DNA of 64,000 nucleotides from an uncultured Bacilli bacterium (GTDB taxonomy: Bacteria > Bacillota_I > Bacilli_A > RF39 > UBA660), in the NCBI GenBank assembly GCA_947632455.1, contig CANRPK010000004.1, positions 3,542 to 67,541 of the forward strand, written 5' to 3'. The stretch's first letter is position 1; each line of letters begins with the position of its first letter. The notes under the pieces are model-generated. The model was not told the DNA's origin. It saw only the letters and a list, made by a program, of their open reading frames with translations, and made no database searches. Shown here one piece after another: positions 35,574 to 45,404 of this stretch. Both the position numbers and the translations under genes were made by a program.

Positions 35574-37124
35574 ATGGCTAAATTAAAAGAAACTATCATA
35601 AATAAACAAATTATTGAAAAAACATTAATTATTTTTTTAATGCTTCAACCATTATTAGATTTTGCCTTTTTATTTAAAGAAAAGGTAGTTAATCTCTTTG
35701 GTTTTTCACCCTCAACTATCATCCGTATTTTAGGTCTTGGTATTATCTGTTTATTATTTATATTAGTAAATAAAAATAAAAAGGAATATAAATATCTAAT
35801 TATATATGGCATATTAGTAATAATTTATGCGGTATTTCATCATTTAAATGCTTTAAAATTTACTGATTATTATAATGGCTATGACTTTGGTTATAATTTA
35901 ATTGGCGAATTATTTTATATTATTAGAATGCTTTTACCCCTTAGTTTAATTTATATTTCAGCCCATTATAATATTGACGATAAAAAAATAGCTAAATTAT
36001 TAACAGTTTTAATAATTTTAATATGTGGAAGTATTCTCATTACTAATTTAACTTTAACCTCTATAGGTTCATATAGTAAGCAAACAATTAAAGGTAGTAT
36101 TATCTGTTGGTTTAAAACTGATCGTTGTAATTTAAGTTATTTTGAATTAGCATCCAAAGCCTTTTTTAACGATCCTAATCGTTTAGCATCCTTGCTTACT
36201 TTAATTACTAGTATTACTTATTATATCTTAATAAAAAATCCCTCAATTAAAAATAAAATATTAATAATCCTTCTTTTATTAGGTACATTTATATTAGGAA
36301 CTAAAGTAAGTACTTATGGATTTACTATTCTATCATTATTTTCTTTTATAATTTATTTGTTTTTCTGCTTTGTTAAAAAAGAATTAAAATTTAGTAAAAA
36401 TTTATGTATTTTCTTTGTAATAGTTCTTTTATTAGAAGCGTTTTTAATTCCCGTATCACCGGCTTTAAATAGAACTGAAACAGAAAAAAATAATATTGCT
36501 AATTTTGAAAAAGAAGAAGAAAAACTTTTAAAGAAACATATGAAGCAATTAGAAGAAGAAATAAAAGCTAATCCCAAAGATAAGTATAGCCTCCAAATTG
36601 CTTATATTAAAAAATATTATGAAGATTATCATATGAACCCTCAATTTATAATTGATTCTTACCCATATGAATATGATCCCGATTTTTGGTTAGCAATTAT
36701 GAAAAAGCCTTTAGCTAAAAGAACAGATTTTAGATATATTGAAGAATTAATGTTAAAGAGAGTAAAAGAAAAAAATAATAATAAAATGGATAATTATTTT
36801 GGTATAACTTTTGTCCGAATGGGTAATATCTTTGATTTAGAAAGAGACTTTATTTCTCATTATTATACTTTAGGTATTCTTGGTCTTATTTTATTAGTAT
36901 CACCTTATATTATTTTAACTTTAATATTTATAATAAGCATTTTAAAAAATATAAAAACTAATTTAACTTTAAAAAATACTTTCTATTTAATGGGCATGGG
37001 TATTGCTTTATGCGCGGCTTTCTATTCCGGCAATGTTTTAGATGGCCTAATCGTAACTTTAATTTTAGGCTTCTTTATTGGTCAACTTATGAATAGTTTG
37101 TATGCTAAAGAAAAAGAGGTATAA
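35574..37124 (+). CDS. O-antigen ligase/polymerase-like (Wzy-type) polytopic membrane protein
   Basis: Many TM helices with a large charged loop (EKEEEKLLKKHMKQLEEEIK), in a glycan-cluster context. Confidence 0.55.
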   Translation: MAKLKETIINKQIIEKTLIIFLMLQPLLDFAFLFKEKVVNLFGFSPSTIIRILGLGIICLLFILVNKNKKEYKYLIIYGILVIIYAVFHHLNALKFTDYYNGYDFGYNLIGELFYIIRMLLPLSLIYISAHYNIDDKKIAKLLTVLIILICGSILITNLTLTSIGSYSKQTIKGSIICWFKTDRCNLSYFELASKAFFNDPNRLASLLTLITSITYYILIKNPSIKNKILIILLLLGTFILGTKVSTYGFTILSLFSFIIYLFFCFVKKELKFSKNLCIFFVIVLLLEAFLIPVSPALNRTETEKNNIANFEKEEEKLLKKHMKQLEEEIKANPKDKYSLQIAYIKKYYEDYHMNPQFIIDSYPYEYDPDFWLAIMKKPLAKRTDFRYIEELMLKRVKEKNNNKMDNYFGITFVRMGNIFDLERDFISHYYTLGILGLILLVSPYIILTLIFIISILKNIKTNLTLKNTFYLMGMGIALCAAFYSGNVLDGLIVTLILGFFIGQLMNSLYAKEKEV

Positions 37125-37125
37125 A

Positions 37126-38313
37126 ATGAAATTTACGATAATCATGCCAACTTATAATGATGCTACAACAATTAAAGAAGCTTTGCTAAGCTTAGCTAAT
37201 CAAACTTATCAAAATTGGGAATTATTAATAAGTATTGATGGATCTACAGATAATACTCTTACCATAATTAAAGATTTTATTAAAGAATATAAAGATCTGG
37301 ATATTAAATATTATTATGAAGAAAATCAAGATCAATTAAACGCTATCTTAAATGTTTTACCATATATTACTGGGGATTATGTTTATGTTTTGCACTCTGA
37401 TGATTTAATATGTCCCGATGCTTTAACTAAAGCTAATGCTATATTATCAAAAAACCCTAAGCTTGATGCTTTAATTACCGATAATTATATAATTGATGAA
37501 AATGCTAGTATTAAAGGTTATCATAAAACTAAAAAATATCATTTAAAAAGGAGTGTACCCCCTTTAGTATTATTATGGCTTGGTCGCAATCTATATGTTG
37601 ATGTTGCTTTTCATAAAACAAGTACTTTTATTACTCAAGTAAAAGAAAATTATTTATTGTGGAATACTCCCTTTTGGTTAAACTTAAATGAGAAACCTTC
37701 TATGTTAAATGTAGAAAATGCTAAGTTTCCTAGCTTTCAATATCGCGTATTTTCTGATAATTATATAAATAATGAAATAGGTAAATTAAATGTTTTAAAT
37801 GGTGAGCTAAGAACAGCCATTAATCTTATGAAATATTATTCTATTCCTTTTTATAAAATCCAATACTATATATTCCGCTTGTTAAATAAATTTAATATAT
37901 CTTATTATCCCCTATATTTTTCTAAAGAAACAAAAAATAAATATAATATTATAAAATTTATTTTAGATAAACGTTATTGTAATCAAGAGTATTTAGATAA
38001 TATTTATTTAAATAATTTATTGTTGTTTTATCAAAAAAATACTTCTCGCTCTATAACTATCCCTAAAATATCTTCTAAAGAATTTATTTATTATGGTAAA
38101 GATATGCGTAAATTTAATACTAATTTATTAAATAATAAACTATCAGATTTATATATGTTTATTATTAAAGAAATGGCCGAAGGCTTTAATGAAATAATAG
38201 CATCTGATCCTAACGATTTACCTAAAGTAAAGTTAATTATTAAATTTCTTTGTATTGAACCATCCGTGACTATAAAGACTTCTAAAATATCCGAAAATAT
38301 TGCTACCCCATAA
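37126..38313 (+). CDS. Family 2 glycosyltransferase
   Basis: KFTIIMPTYNDATTIKEALLSLANQTYQNWELLISIDGSTDNT, DDL motif. AGAGG SD before the ATG at 37126. Confidence 0.85.
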   Translation: MKFTIIMPTYNDATTIKEALLSLANQTYQNWELLISIDGSTDNTLTIIKDFIKEYKDLDIKYYYEENQDQLNAILNVLPYITGDYVYVLHSDDLICPDALTKANAILSKNPKLDALITDNYIIDENASIKGYHKTKKYHLKRSVPPLVLLWLGRNLYVDVAFHKTSTFITQVKENYLLWNTPFWLNLNEKPSMLNVENAKFPSFQYRVFSDNYINNEIGKLNVLNGELRTAINLMKYYSIPFYKIQYYIFRLLNKFNISYYPLYFSKETKNKYNIIKFILDKRYCNQEYLDNIYLNNLLLFYQKNTSRSITIPKISSKEFIYYGKDMRKFNTNLLNNKLSDLYMFIIKEMAEGFNEIIASDPNDLPKVKLIIKFLCIEPSVTIKTSKISENIATP

Positions 38314-38346
38314 TATTTATGTTAAAATCTAAATAAAGGAGAGTAT

Positions 38347-39063
38347 ATGACAAAAGAAAATAAAATTCCTAAAATCATTCATTATGTCTGGGTAGGTAAT
38401 AATCCTAAACCCAAAGATATCCAAAGATGCATGAAAACATGGTCTAAATATTTAGCAGGTTATGAAATAAAAGAATGGAATGAAACTAACTTTGATATAG
38501 AAAGTCATCCCTTTGTAAAAGCTGCATATAAAGCTAAAAAATGGGCATTTGTTAGTGATTATATTCGGGCCTATGTTATTTATAATGAAGGTGGAATATA
38601 CTTAGATACGGATGTTATTTTATTAAATAATTTTGATGAATACTTAAAACATGATGCTTTTGTTGGTTTTGAAAATAAAACTCATCCTTTTACCGCGGTT
38701 TTTGGTGCTAAACCTAAACATCCATTAATTAAAAAAATGTTAGATTATTATGATAATTTAGATAATTATGAATTTAATTTTGAAAATAATAATACTATTT
38801 CTGTCTCTGATATTTTAATTAAAGATTATAATTGTCTTACCAATAATGAATATCAAGAATTAAAAGATGGCCTAGCTGTATATCCCGATACTGTATTTTG
38901 TAATCCTTCCGCTAACTCTACTTCAATTCATATCTTTACTGGTACATGGTTAACAAATAAAAAAAGTTTAAAATATAAATTAGTTAAAACCCTTAAATTA
39001 CATTTAACTACTAAAACTAAAGCTAAAATATATAATAAACTATTTCAAAGCAAGAAGGGATAA
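38347..39063 (+). CDS. DXD-motif glycosyltransferase (Gly_transf_sug / OCH1-like)
   Basis: IPKIIHYVWVGNNPKP ... WAFVSDYIRAYVIYNEGGIYLDTDV. Confidence 0.8.
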   Translation: MTKENKIPKIIHYVWVGNNPKPKDIQRCMKTWSKYLAGYEIKEWNETNFDIESHPFVKAAYKAKKWAFVSDYIRAYVIYNEGGIYLDTDVILLNNFDEYLKHDAFVGFENKTHPFTAVFGAKPKHPLIKKMLDYYDNLDNYEFNFENNNTISVSDILIKDYNCLTNNEYQELKDGLAVYPDTVFCNPSANSTSIHIFTGTWLTNKKSLKYKLVKTLKLHLTTKTKAKIYNKLFQSKKG

Positions 39064-39064
39064 T

Positions 39065-40186
39065 ATGAAAAAAATTGCCATTTTAGGCCTTCATTTAAGT
39101 TATGGAGGAGTAGAGAGGGCTATTGCTAATCAAGCTAATGCTCTAGTAGATGATTTTAAAGTTGAACTTGCTATCAGTTATAATAAAGCTCCCGCTTTTG
39201 ATATAGCTAAATCGGTAGAGATTAAATATTTAACAAATTATTGGCCTAATCGTCAAGAATTTATGCAAGCCCTAAAACATTTAAAATTAATCCAAGCTTT
39301 TAAAGAAGGTTTAAAAAGTATCAAGATACTTAAAGCTAAAAAAAATACTATGATTGCATATATAAAAAATACTGATGCAGATATAATTATTTCTACTAGA
39401 TTAGAAATAACTAAATTATTAAATAAGTATGCACCTAAAAATACGATAACCATCCATGAAGAACATACTAAACCTCCAAAAGAACAAAAATATCTACAGA
39501 AACTAAAAAAAGCTAGTTCTAATATTTCTTATTTAATCACCGTATCTAAAGAATTAAAGGAAATTTTTACTCAAGCTCTACCTCATAAAAAAATTATATA
39601 TCTACCCAATACTTTAAGTTATTGGCCAACTAAAACTTCCAATTTAAACTCTAAAGAATTAATCGCTGTAGGTAGATTATCTAAAGAAAAAGGTTTTTTA
39701 ACTCTCATAGATACTTTTAAAATAATTAATGAATTAGATCCCACTTATCACTTAAATATAATTGGTGATGGTAAAGAGTATTCTAAAATTATTAAAAGAA
39801 TTAATAAATATAATTTATCTTCTAAAGTAACTATGCATGGTTTCCAAAATAAAGACTATATTAATAAATGCTTAGCTAATTCTTCTTTGTATTTAATGAC
39901 TTCCTATGAGGAATCCTTTGGTATAGTTTTAATTGAAGCTGCTTCTTTTGGTATACCACTTCTAGCTTTTACAAGTGCAACGGGAGCTAAAGAAATAATT
40001 AAGGATAATATAAATGGTTATCTAATTGAAAATCGTAATAAAGAAGAGTATGCTAATAAAGCTTTGGACTTACTCCATAATCCTGATAAACTTCAAGAAT
40101 TTGGCCAAAATGCTCGTAGTATGGCTGAGGAATATAGTTTTTCCAATGTCAAATTAAAATACTTAGATTTTTTTAAAAATTTATAA
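39065..40186 (+). CDS. Family 4 (GT-B) glycosyltransferase
   Basis: KIAILGLHLSYGGVERA and the E-x7-E region SYEESFGIVLIEAASFGIPLL. Confidence 0.85.
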   Translation: MKKIAILGLHLSYGGVERAIANQANALVDDFKVELAISYNKAPAFDIAKSVEIKYLTNYWPNRQEFMQALKHLKLIQAFKEGLKSIKILKAKKNTMIAYIKNTDADIIISTRLEITKLLNKYAPKNTITIHEEHTKPPKEQKYLQKLKKASSNISYLITVSKELKEIFTQALPHKKIIYLPNTLSYWPTKTSNLNSKELIAVGRLSKEKGFLTLIDTFKIINELDPTYHLNIIGDGKEYSKIIKRINKYNLSSKVTMHGFQNKDYINKCLANSSLYLMTSYEESFGIVLIEAASFGIPLLAFTSATGAKEIIKDNINGYLIENRNKEEYANKALDLLHNPDKLQEFGQNARSMAEEYSFSNVKLKYLDFFKNL

Positions 40187-40198
40187 AGGAATGATAAT

Positions 40199-42016
40199 AT
40201 GCTAAAAAAAATTATAACTAATAAATATTTTAACTATACTGTAATTGCTATATCTTATCTTTTTTTAGCTTTTATTTTTCGTCTGTTTACAATTAAAGAA
40301 ACTCTTTTTTATCCGATCTATAGTCCTGGCCCCATATTATTTAGTCTTTCTTTAGTTTTCTTAAATTTATTAATTATTAGAATATTACCTAAAAAATTGT
40401 CAATAACTTATTATTTACTAACAAATATTTTTAATAACTTGCTAATAGCCATTCAATATTTCCATTATAAAGTTATTGGTACTTATTTTACTATTTCCGA
40501 AATATTTTTATCTAAAGAAGGTTTAACTTATATCGATGTTATAACTAAATACCTTGATTATAAATTACTTATTTTAATTATATTATTTATTATTTTTACG
40601 ATTATTAGTTTAATAGGTTTAATAAAAATACCTAAATCCAAACTATCTTTTAAAACTATTATCATAAATCTAGGTGTTATTATTACTATCTATTTATTAG
40701 GTCTTGGTAGTCTACTCGTATTTAATCAAAAAGAAAAACCATCTAGTAGATTATCCCCAATTTATAATTATCTTCATTTAGAAGTTCCTTATCGCTCAAT
40801 TCAAAGTATTGGTATTATAGATTATAATATTAAAGATGTCTTATCTTATATATACTCTGTACTAACTCCCCAAAAAGATCTTACGGTTTATGAAACTGAA
40901 ATAAAAGAATATTTAAGTAATAAACCCAAAACCACTTCTAATGAATATACTGGTATATTTAAAGATAAAAATCTTATTTATATTATGCTTGAAAGTGGTG
41001 ATGATTGGTTAATTGATGAAGAACATATGCCAACCTTATCTAAACTTCAAAAAGAAGGTTTAAACTTTACTAATAGGTATTCTCCTTTCTTTTATGGAGG
41101 CTATACATTTAATGCTGAATTTGCCGCGAATACTGGTTTATATTTAACTGAAGATTTTAATAATACTATCGATAATTATTTTCCTTATTCACTTCCTAAT
41201 TTATTTACTAAATCCGGCTATATAGTTAATTCATTTCATATGAATAACCCAGAATTTTATGAGCGTGGAAAATATCATTTAACTTTTGGCTATTCTCATT
41301 ATTATGGTGGTTATAATACTGTAGAATATAAAAATAAAGGTTATAATTATGTTGATGATACATCATGGATAACTAATCCCGAAACTTATAATTTATTAGT
41401 TCCAAAAAATCAAAAATTTATGAGTTTTTTAATTACTTATTCCATGCATTTACCATATATAAATAATGAATTATGTGATGCGGCTATTCGTAATAAAGAA
41501 TTAACCTATAATTCATCTGAAGAATTAGAATTAAATTGTCTGCATTATTTATCTAGTAAAACTGATTTAATGTTAACTAAATTACTCGAAAAATTAGAAG
41601 AAGATAAATTACTTGATGATACAGTCTTAATCCTTTTTGCGGATCATGATACTTATGGTTATTCTAATAAAGATTATTTAGCTAAAGTAAAAAATACTCC
41701 TAATTTATATTTACAACAAAAAACTCCTTTAATTATTTGGAGTAAAGATATTGAGCATAAAGATATAGATATTTTAATGGATACAGCTGATTTAGTTCCA
41801 ACTATTGCTAATATGTTTGGTCTTGACTATGATAATCAAAATTATTTATCTACTGATGTCTTTTCTAAAGATCATGATGATTATATTTATTTCCAATATG
41901 GTTATCAATTAAATTCTGATAATACATTTATAGATAATAGTAAAGCTCCTAAAGCTGTAGATATGATAAACTATAATAAATATATTCTAAAATCTGATTA
42001 TTATAGAAAGGATTAA
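40199..42016 (+). CDS. LtaS-family sulfatase-fold phosphoglycerol/alditol-phosphate transferase
   Basis: N-terminal TM bundle plus an extracellular domain with LIYIMLESGDDW and FADHD motifs. Confidence 0.75.
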   Translation: MLKKIITNKYFNYTVIAISYLFLAFIFRLFTIKETLFYPIYSPGPILFSLSLVFLNLLIIRILPKKLSITYYLLTNIFNNLLIAIQYFHYKVIGTYFTISEIFLSKEGLTYIDVITKYLDYKLLILIILFIIFTIISLIGLIKIPKSKLSFKTIIINLGVIITIYLLGLGSLLVFNQKEKPSSRLSPIYNYLHLEVPYRSIQSIGIIDYNIKDVLSYIYSVLTPQKDLTVYETEIKEYLSNKPKTTSNEYTGIFKDKNLIYIMLESGDDWLIDEEHMPTLSKLQKEGLNFTNRYSPFFYGGYTFNAEFAANTGLYLTEDFNNTIDNYFPYSLPNLFTKSGYIVNSFHMNNPEFYERGKYHLTFGYSHYYGGYNTVEYKNKGYNYVDDTSWITNPETYNLLVPKNQKFMSFLITYSMHLPYINNELCDAAIRNKELTYNSSEELELNCLHYLSSKTDLMLTKLLEKLEEDKLLDDTVLILFADHDTYGYSNKDYLAKVKNTPNLYLQQKTPLIIWSKDIEHKDIDILMDTADLVPTIANMFGLDYDNQNYLSTDVFSKDHDDYIYFQYGYQLNSDNTFIDNSKAPKAVDMINYNKYILKSDYYRKD

Positions 42017-42020
42017 AATT

Positions 42021-42734
42021 ATGCAAAATTATTATCAAAGATTATATTCTAAAACTAAAGAAGAATTTCAAAAAGAAGTGTTTACTAATTTAAAAAATAA
42101 TAAAAGAATGTTTATTATTACTGCCAATCCTGAAACTTTTACATATGCGACTAAAGATCCCCTAATAGATAAAATGTTAGTTGATCCAAAAAGTACTTTA
42201 ATACCTGATGGAATATGTATAGTAAAAACTGCTAAAATGTTAAAATATAATCTAAAAGAAAGAATAACGGGTATTGATTTGGCTACTGCTCTTTTAGAAG
42301 AATGTAATAAAAAACATTATAAATTAGCTTTATTAGGTGCTAAAGAAGAAGTATTAACTGCTCTAATATCTAAAATAAATTCTACATATCCTAATATATC
42401 TATTGTCAAATATCAAGATGGTTATACTAATAAAAATGATGAATTTTTTGAAGAATTAGTAACCCTTAAACCCGATGTTTGTTTAGTTGCTTTAGGTATT
42501 CCTAATCAAGAAAAATTAATCTATAAGCATTTAAATAATTTTAATAAAGGAGTTTTTGTTGGTGTAGGTGGTTCTTTTGATGTTTTAAGTGGTACTAAAA
42601 AAAGAGCTCCTAAATTATTTCAAAAACTAAACTTAGAATGGTTATATCGTTTAATTAAAGAACCCAAAAGAATAAAAAGGTTTTATAATAATAATATCAA
42701 ATTTATGTTTAAAGTATTATTTATGAAGAAGTAG
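42021..42734 (+). CDS. tagA: WecB/TagA/CpsF family (GT26) glycosyltransferase
   Basis: ITANPE, LIPDGI, LLGAKEEV, VALGIPNQE, GVGGSFDVLSGTKKRAP, LEWLYRLIKEPKR. Confidence 0.85.
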   Translation: MQNYYQRLYSKTKEEFQKEVFTNLKNNKRMFIITANPETFTYATKDPLIDKMLVDPKSTLIPDGICIVKTAKMLKYNLKERITGIDLATALLEECNKKHYKLALLGAKEEVLTALISKINSTYPNISIVKYQDGYTNKNDEFFEELVTLKPDVCLVALGIPNQEKLIYKHLNNFNKGVFVGVGGSFDVLSGTKKRAPKLFQKLNLEWLYRLIKEPKRIKRFYNNNIKFMFKVLFMKK

Positions 42735-42743
42735 AGGTGCAAT

Positions 42744-43793
42744 ATGAACTTAACAGTAAATGGTTATTCTATATATTTAATTATTTTAGTAACGGTAATA
42801 TCAAGTTATCTATTAACCTTTTTAGCCAAAAAAATCGCCGAGCATGTTGGTGCTGTAGATATTCCTAATGAACGAAAAGTCCATCAAAAACCTATGCTTA
42901 GATGTGGTGGTTTAGCTATATTTGGAGCCTTTTTAATTGGTTATATTCTTTATGGTGAAATAACTACTCAGATGTTATCAATCTTAATAGGTTCATTTAT
43001 CATTGTTATGGTTGGCTTTGTTGATGATATTAAACCTATTAGAGCTAGAACTAAATTTATTTTTCAAATTCTAGCTGCTTGTATAGTTGTATTTTATGGT
43101 AAAACTTATTTTACTGAAATAACCTTTTTAGGTTGGCATTTTAATTTTCCATATTATCTAAATACTATTATTTCCGTTATTTATATAGTTGGTATAGTAA
43201 ATGCTATAAATTTAATAGATGGTCTTGATGGCCTAGCCGCCGGTATAAGTTCTATTTATTTTGCTACCATAGCTATAATAGCTTTTATTTTAAATAAAAT
43301 AGGTGGCTTAGATATCATATTATCATTAATTATGTTAGGTTCAACTTTAGGTTTTTTAGGTCATAACTTTCCCCCAGCCAAAATCTTTATGGGCGATACT
43401 GGTAGTTTGTTTTTAGGCTTTATTATCGCCGTAATTTCTTTACTAGGATTTAAAATGACTACTATAACATCTTTGGTAGTTCCCTTAGTTATCTTAGCAA
43501 TTCCTCTTTATGATACGATCTTAGCTATCTTAAGAAGATTGTTAAAAGGAGAATCCATCGGCGCTCCTGATAAAGAACATTTCCATCATCAATTATTAAA
43601 AATGCAAATGGGTCCTAAAAAAACTATTTTATTAATCTATTTTATAAATATTTTATTTTCTATTGTTTCTATCTTTTATGTAATTGGCGATAATAAACAA
43701 GCAATAATATTATATATAATTTTAATGTTATTCTGGTTATATTTAGTATTAAAAACAGATATCTTATTTTCTCATAATCATAAAAAGAATTGA
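42744..43793 (+). CDS. tagO: Undecaprenyl-phosphate HexNAc-1-phosphate transferase (WecA/TagO, MraY family)
   Basis: VDIPNERKVH, VGFVDD, NAINLIDGLDGLAAG, FMGDTGSLFLGF, PDKEHFHH. Confidence 0.85.
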   Translation: MNLTVNGYSIYLIILVTVISSYLLTFLAKKIAEHVGAVDIPNERKVHQKPMLRCGGLAIFGAFLIGYILYGEITTQMLSILIGSFIIVMVGFVDDIKPIRARTKFIFQILAACIVVFYGKTYFTEITFLGWHFNFPYYLNTIISVIYIVGIVNAINLIDGLDGLAAGISSIYFATIAIIAFILNKIGGLDIILSLIMLGSTLGFLGHNFPPAKIFMGDTGSLFLGFIIAVISLLGFKMTTITSLVVPLVILAIPLYDTILAILRRLLKGESIGAPDKEHFHHQLLKMQMGPKKTILLIYFINILFSIVSIFYVIGDNKQAIILYIILMLFWLYLVLKTDILFSHNHKKN

Positions 43794-43841
43794 CTTATTA
43801 AAGATACATAGTTATAATGAACTTAGAAAAAAGAGGTATAT

Positions 43842-44768
43842 ATGAGTAAAATTGCAGTATTAATTCCATGCTATAATGAAGCCCAAACTATTGAAAAAGT
43901 AGTAAAAGATTTTAAAAAAGAATTACCCGAAGCGGATATTTATGTTTATGATAATAATTCTAATGATGATACCGCTAAAATTGCTAAAGATGCCGGCGCT
44001 ATAGTTCGCCATGAATATATGCAAGGTAAAGGTAATGTTATTCGTAGAATGTTTAGAGAAATAGAAGCTGATTGCTATTTAATGGTTGATGGCGATGATA
44101 CATATCCCGCTACTCATGCTCGCCAAATGTGTGATTTAATATTAGAAGGCAAAGCTGAAATGGTCGTAGGGGATCGCTTATCAAGTACATACTTTACTGA
44201 AAATAAAAGAAAGTTTCATAATTTTGGTAATGTCTTAGTCCGTTTTTTAGTAAATAAAATATTTAAAAGTAATGTCCGAGATATTATGACTGGTTATCGT
44301 GCTTTTAGTCGTATGTTTGTTAAATCATTTCCCATAATTTCTGGCGGCTTTGAAATCGAAACAGAAATGACTATTCATGCGTTAGATAAAAAGATGAAAT
44401 TAGAAAATGTTTTAATTGATTATCGCGATCGCCCAAGTGGTAGTGAATCCAAATTAAATACAGTAAGTGATGGTCTAAAAGTATTAAATACTATTGGTAA
44501 ATTATTTAAACAATACAGACCTTTAGCTTTCTTTAGTATTTTATCAGCAATAAGTTTATTAATCGGTATTGGCTTTTTCATTCCAACCCTTATAGGCTAT
44601 TTAAATACTGGTTTAGTTGAAAAATTCCCATCTCTAATTGCCGCCTCATTCTTTGGTATTATCTCTATTCAACTTTTTGTAGGTGGCATAATATTAGAAA
44701 GTATAGCTAGAAAAGATCGCCAAAACTTTGAACTACATTTAATAAATTTAGAATTAAATAAAAAATAA
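43842..44768 (+). CDS. GtrB/CsbB-like polyprenol-phosphate glycosyltransferase (GT2 with C-terminal TM hairpin)
   Basis: IAVLIPCYNEAQTIEKVV, YDNNSNDDT, MVDGDDTY, plus two C-terminal TM helices. Confidence 0.8.
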   Translation: MSKIAVLIPCYNEAQTIEKVVKDFKKELPEADIYVYDNNSNDDTAKIAKDAGAIVRHEYMQGKGNVIRRMFREIEADCYLMVDGDDTYPATHARQMCDLILEGKAEMVVGDRLSSTYFTENKRKFHNFGNVLVRFLVNKIFKSNVRDIMTGYRAFSRMFVKSFPIISGGFEIETEMTIHALDKKMKLENVLIDYRDRPSGSESKLNTVSDGLKVLNTIGKLFKQYRPLAFFSILSAISLLIGIGFFIPTLIGYLNTGLVEKFPSLIAASFFGIISIQLFVGGIILESIARKDRQNFELHLINLELNKK

Positions 44769-44794
44769 TATGTTGCAAAACATATTTTTTTAAA

Positions 44795-45247
44795 TTATAA
44801 AGAATGTTTAGAATTATCAATTTTCCCTAATAAATAATCCGCGGATATATTTAATTTCTCACAATAAGTATATAAAAAAGAAGTAGTAATAAATGTCTTC
44901 CCTTGTTCATATCTACACCAAACAGAATGATCAATATTAAGTAAAACTCCCACTCTAACTTGAGTTAAACCAGCATCTTTTCTGCTTTCTTTAAGTCTTT
45001 TAGTTAAAATATCTTTATCATATCCCTTTCTACTATTTATATAATTATAATTATTAGTAAACCCAAAAATATAATCTAAAGAAACATTAAAATAATCACA
45101 AAACTTAATTAAATTTTTCAAAGTAATAGTATCATGAGCCGTTTCATTCATTCCATACGTTCCTAAAGATATACCTAAAATTTTAGCTATATCTTTTTGC
45201 TTTAAATTATTATTTTCTCGTATTATTCGCAGTCTCTTTAACTCCAT
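44795..45247 (-). CDS. Tandem double-HTH XRE-family regulator, cassette D (most divergent)
   Basis: MELKRLRIIRENNNLKQKDIAKIL... plus LTKRLKESRKDAGLTQVRVGVLL...CEKLNISADYLLGKID. GGTGA SD before the ATG at 45247. Confidence 0.8.
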   Translation of the reverse strand: MELKRLRIIRENNNLKQKDIAKILGISLGTYGMNETAHDTITLKNLIKFCDYFNVSLDYIFGFTNNYNYINSRKGYDKDILTKRLKESRKDAGLTQVRVGVLLNIDHSVWCRYEQGKTFITTSFLYTYCEKLNISADYLLGKIDNSKHSL

Positions 45248-45319
45248 AGTCATCACCACGTTTATTCTAACAATATTTATTATTTCAAAAATAAATTATA
45301 GGGAAATAACACATTTTTC

Positions 45320-45374
45320 TTGACTTTAATAATAGCAAAGTATATAATTTAAATATAAATTAGGAATTTCTAAT
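45320..45374 (+). promoter_or_regulatory. Cassette D promoter plus palindromic operator candidate
   Basis: TTGACT (45320-25), 17 nt, TATAAT (45343-48), ATTAGGAATTTCTAAT (45359-74). Confidence 0.75.
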
Positions 45375-45404
45375 AATATTGATAATGGAAAGGGAATAAG
45401 AGCA

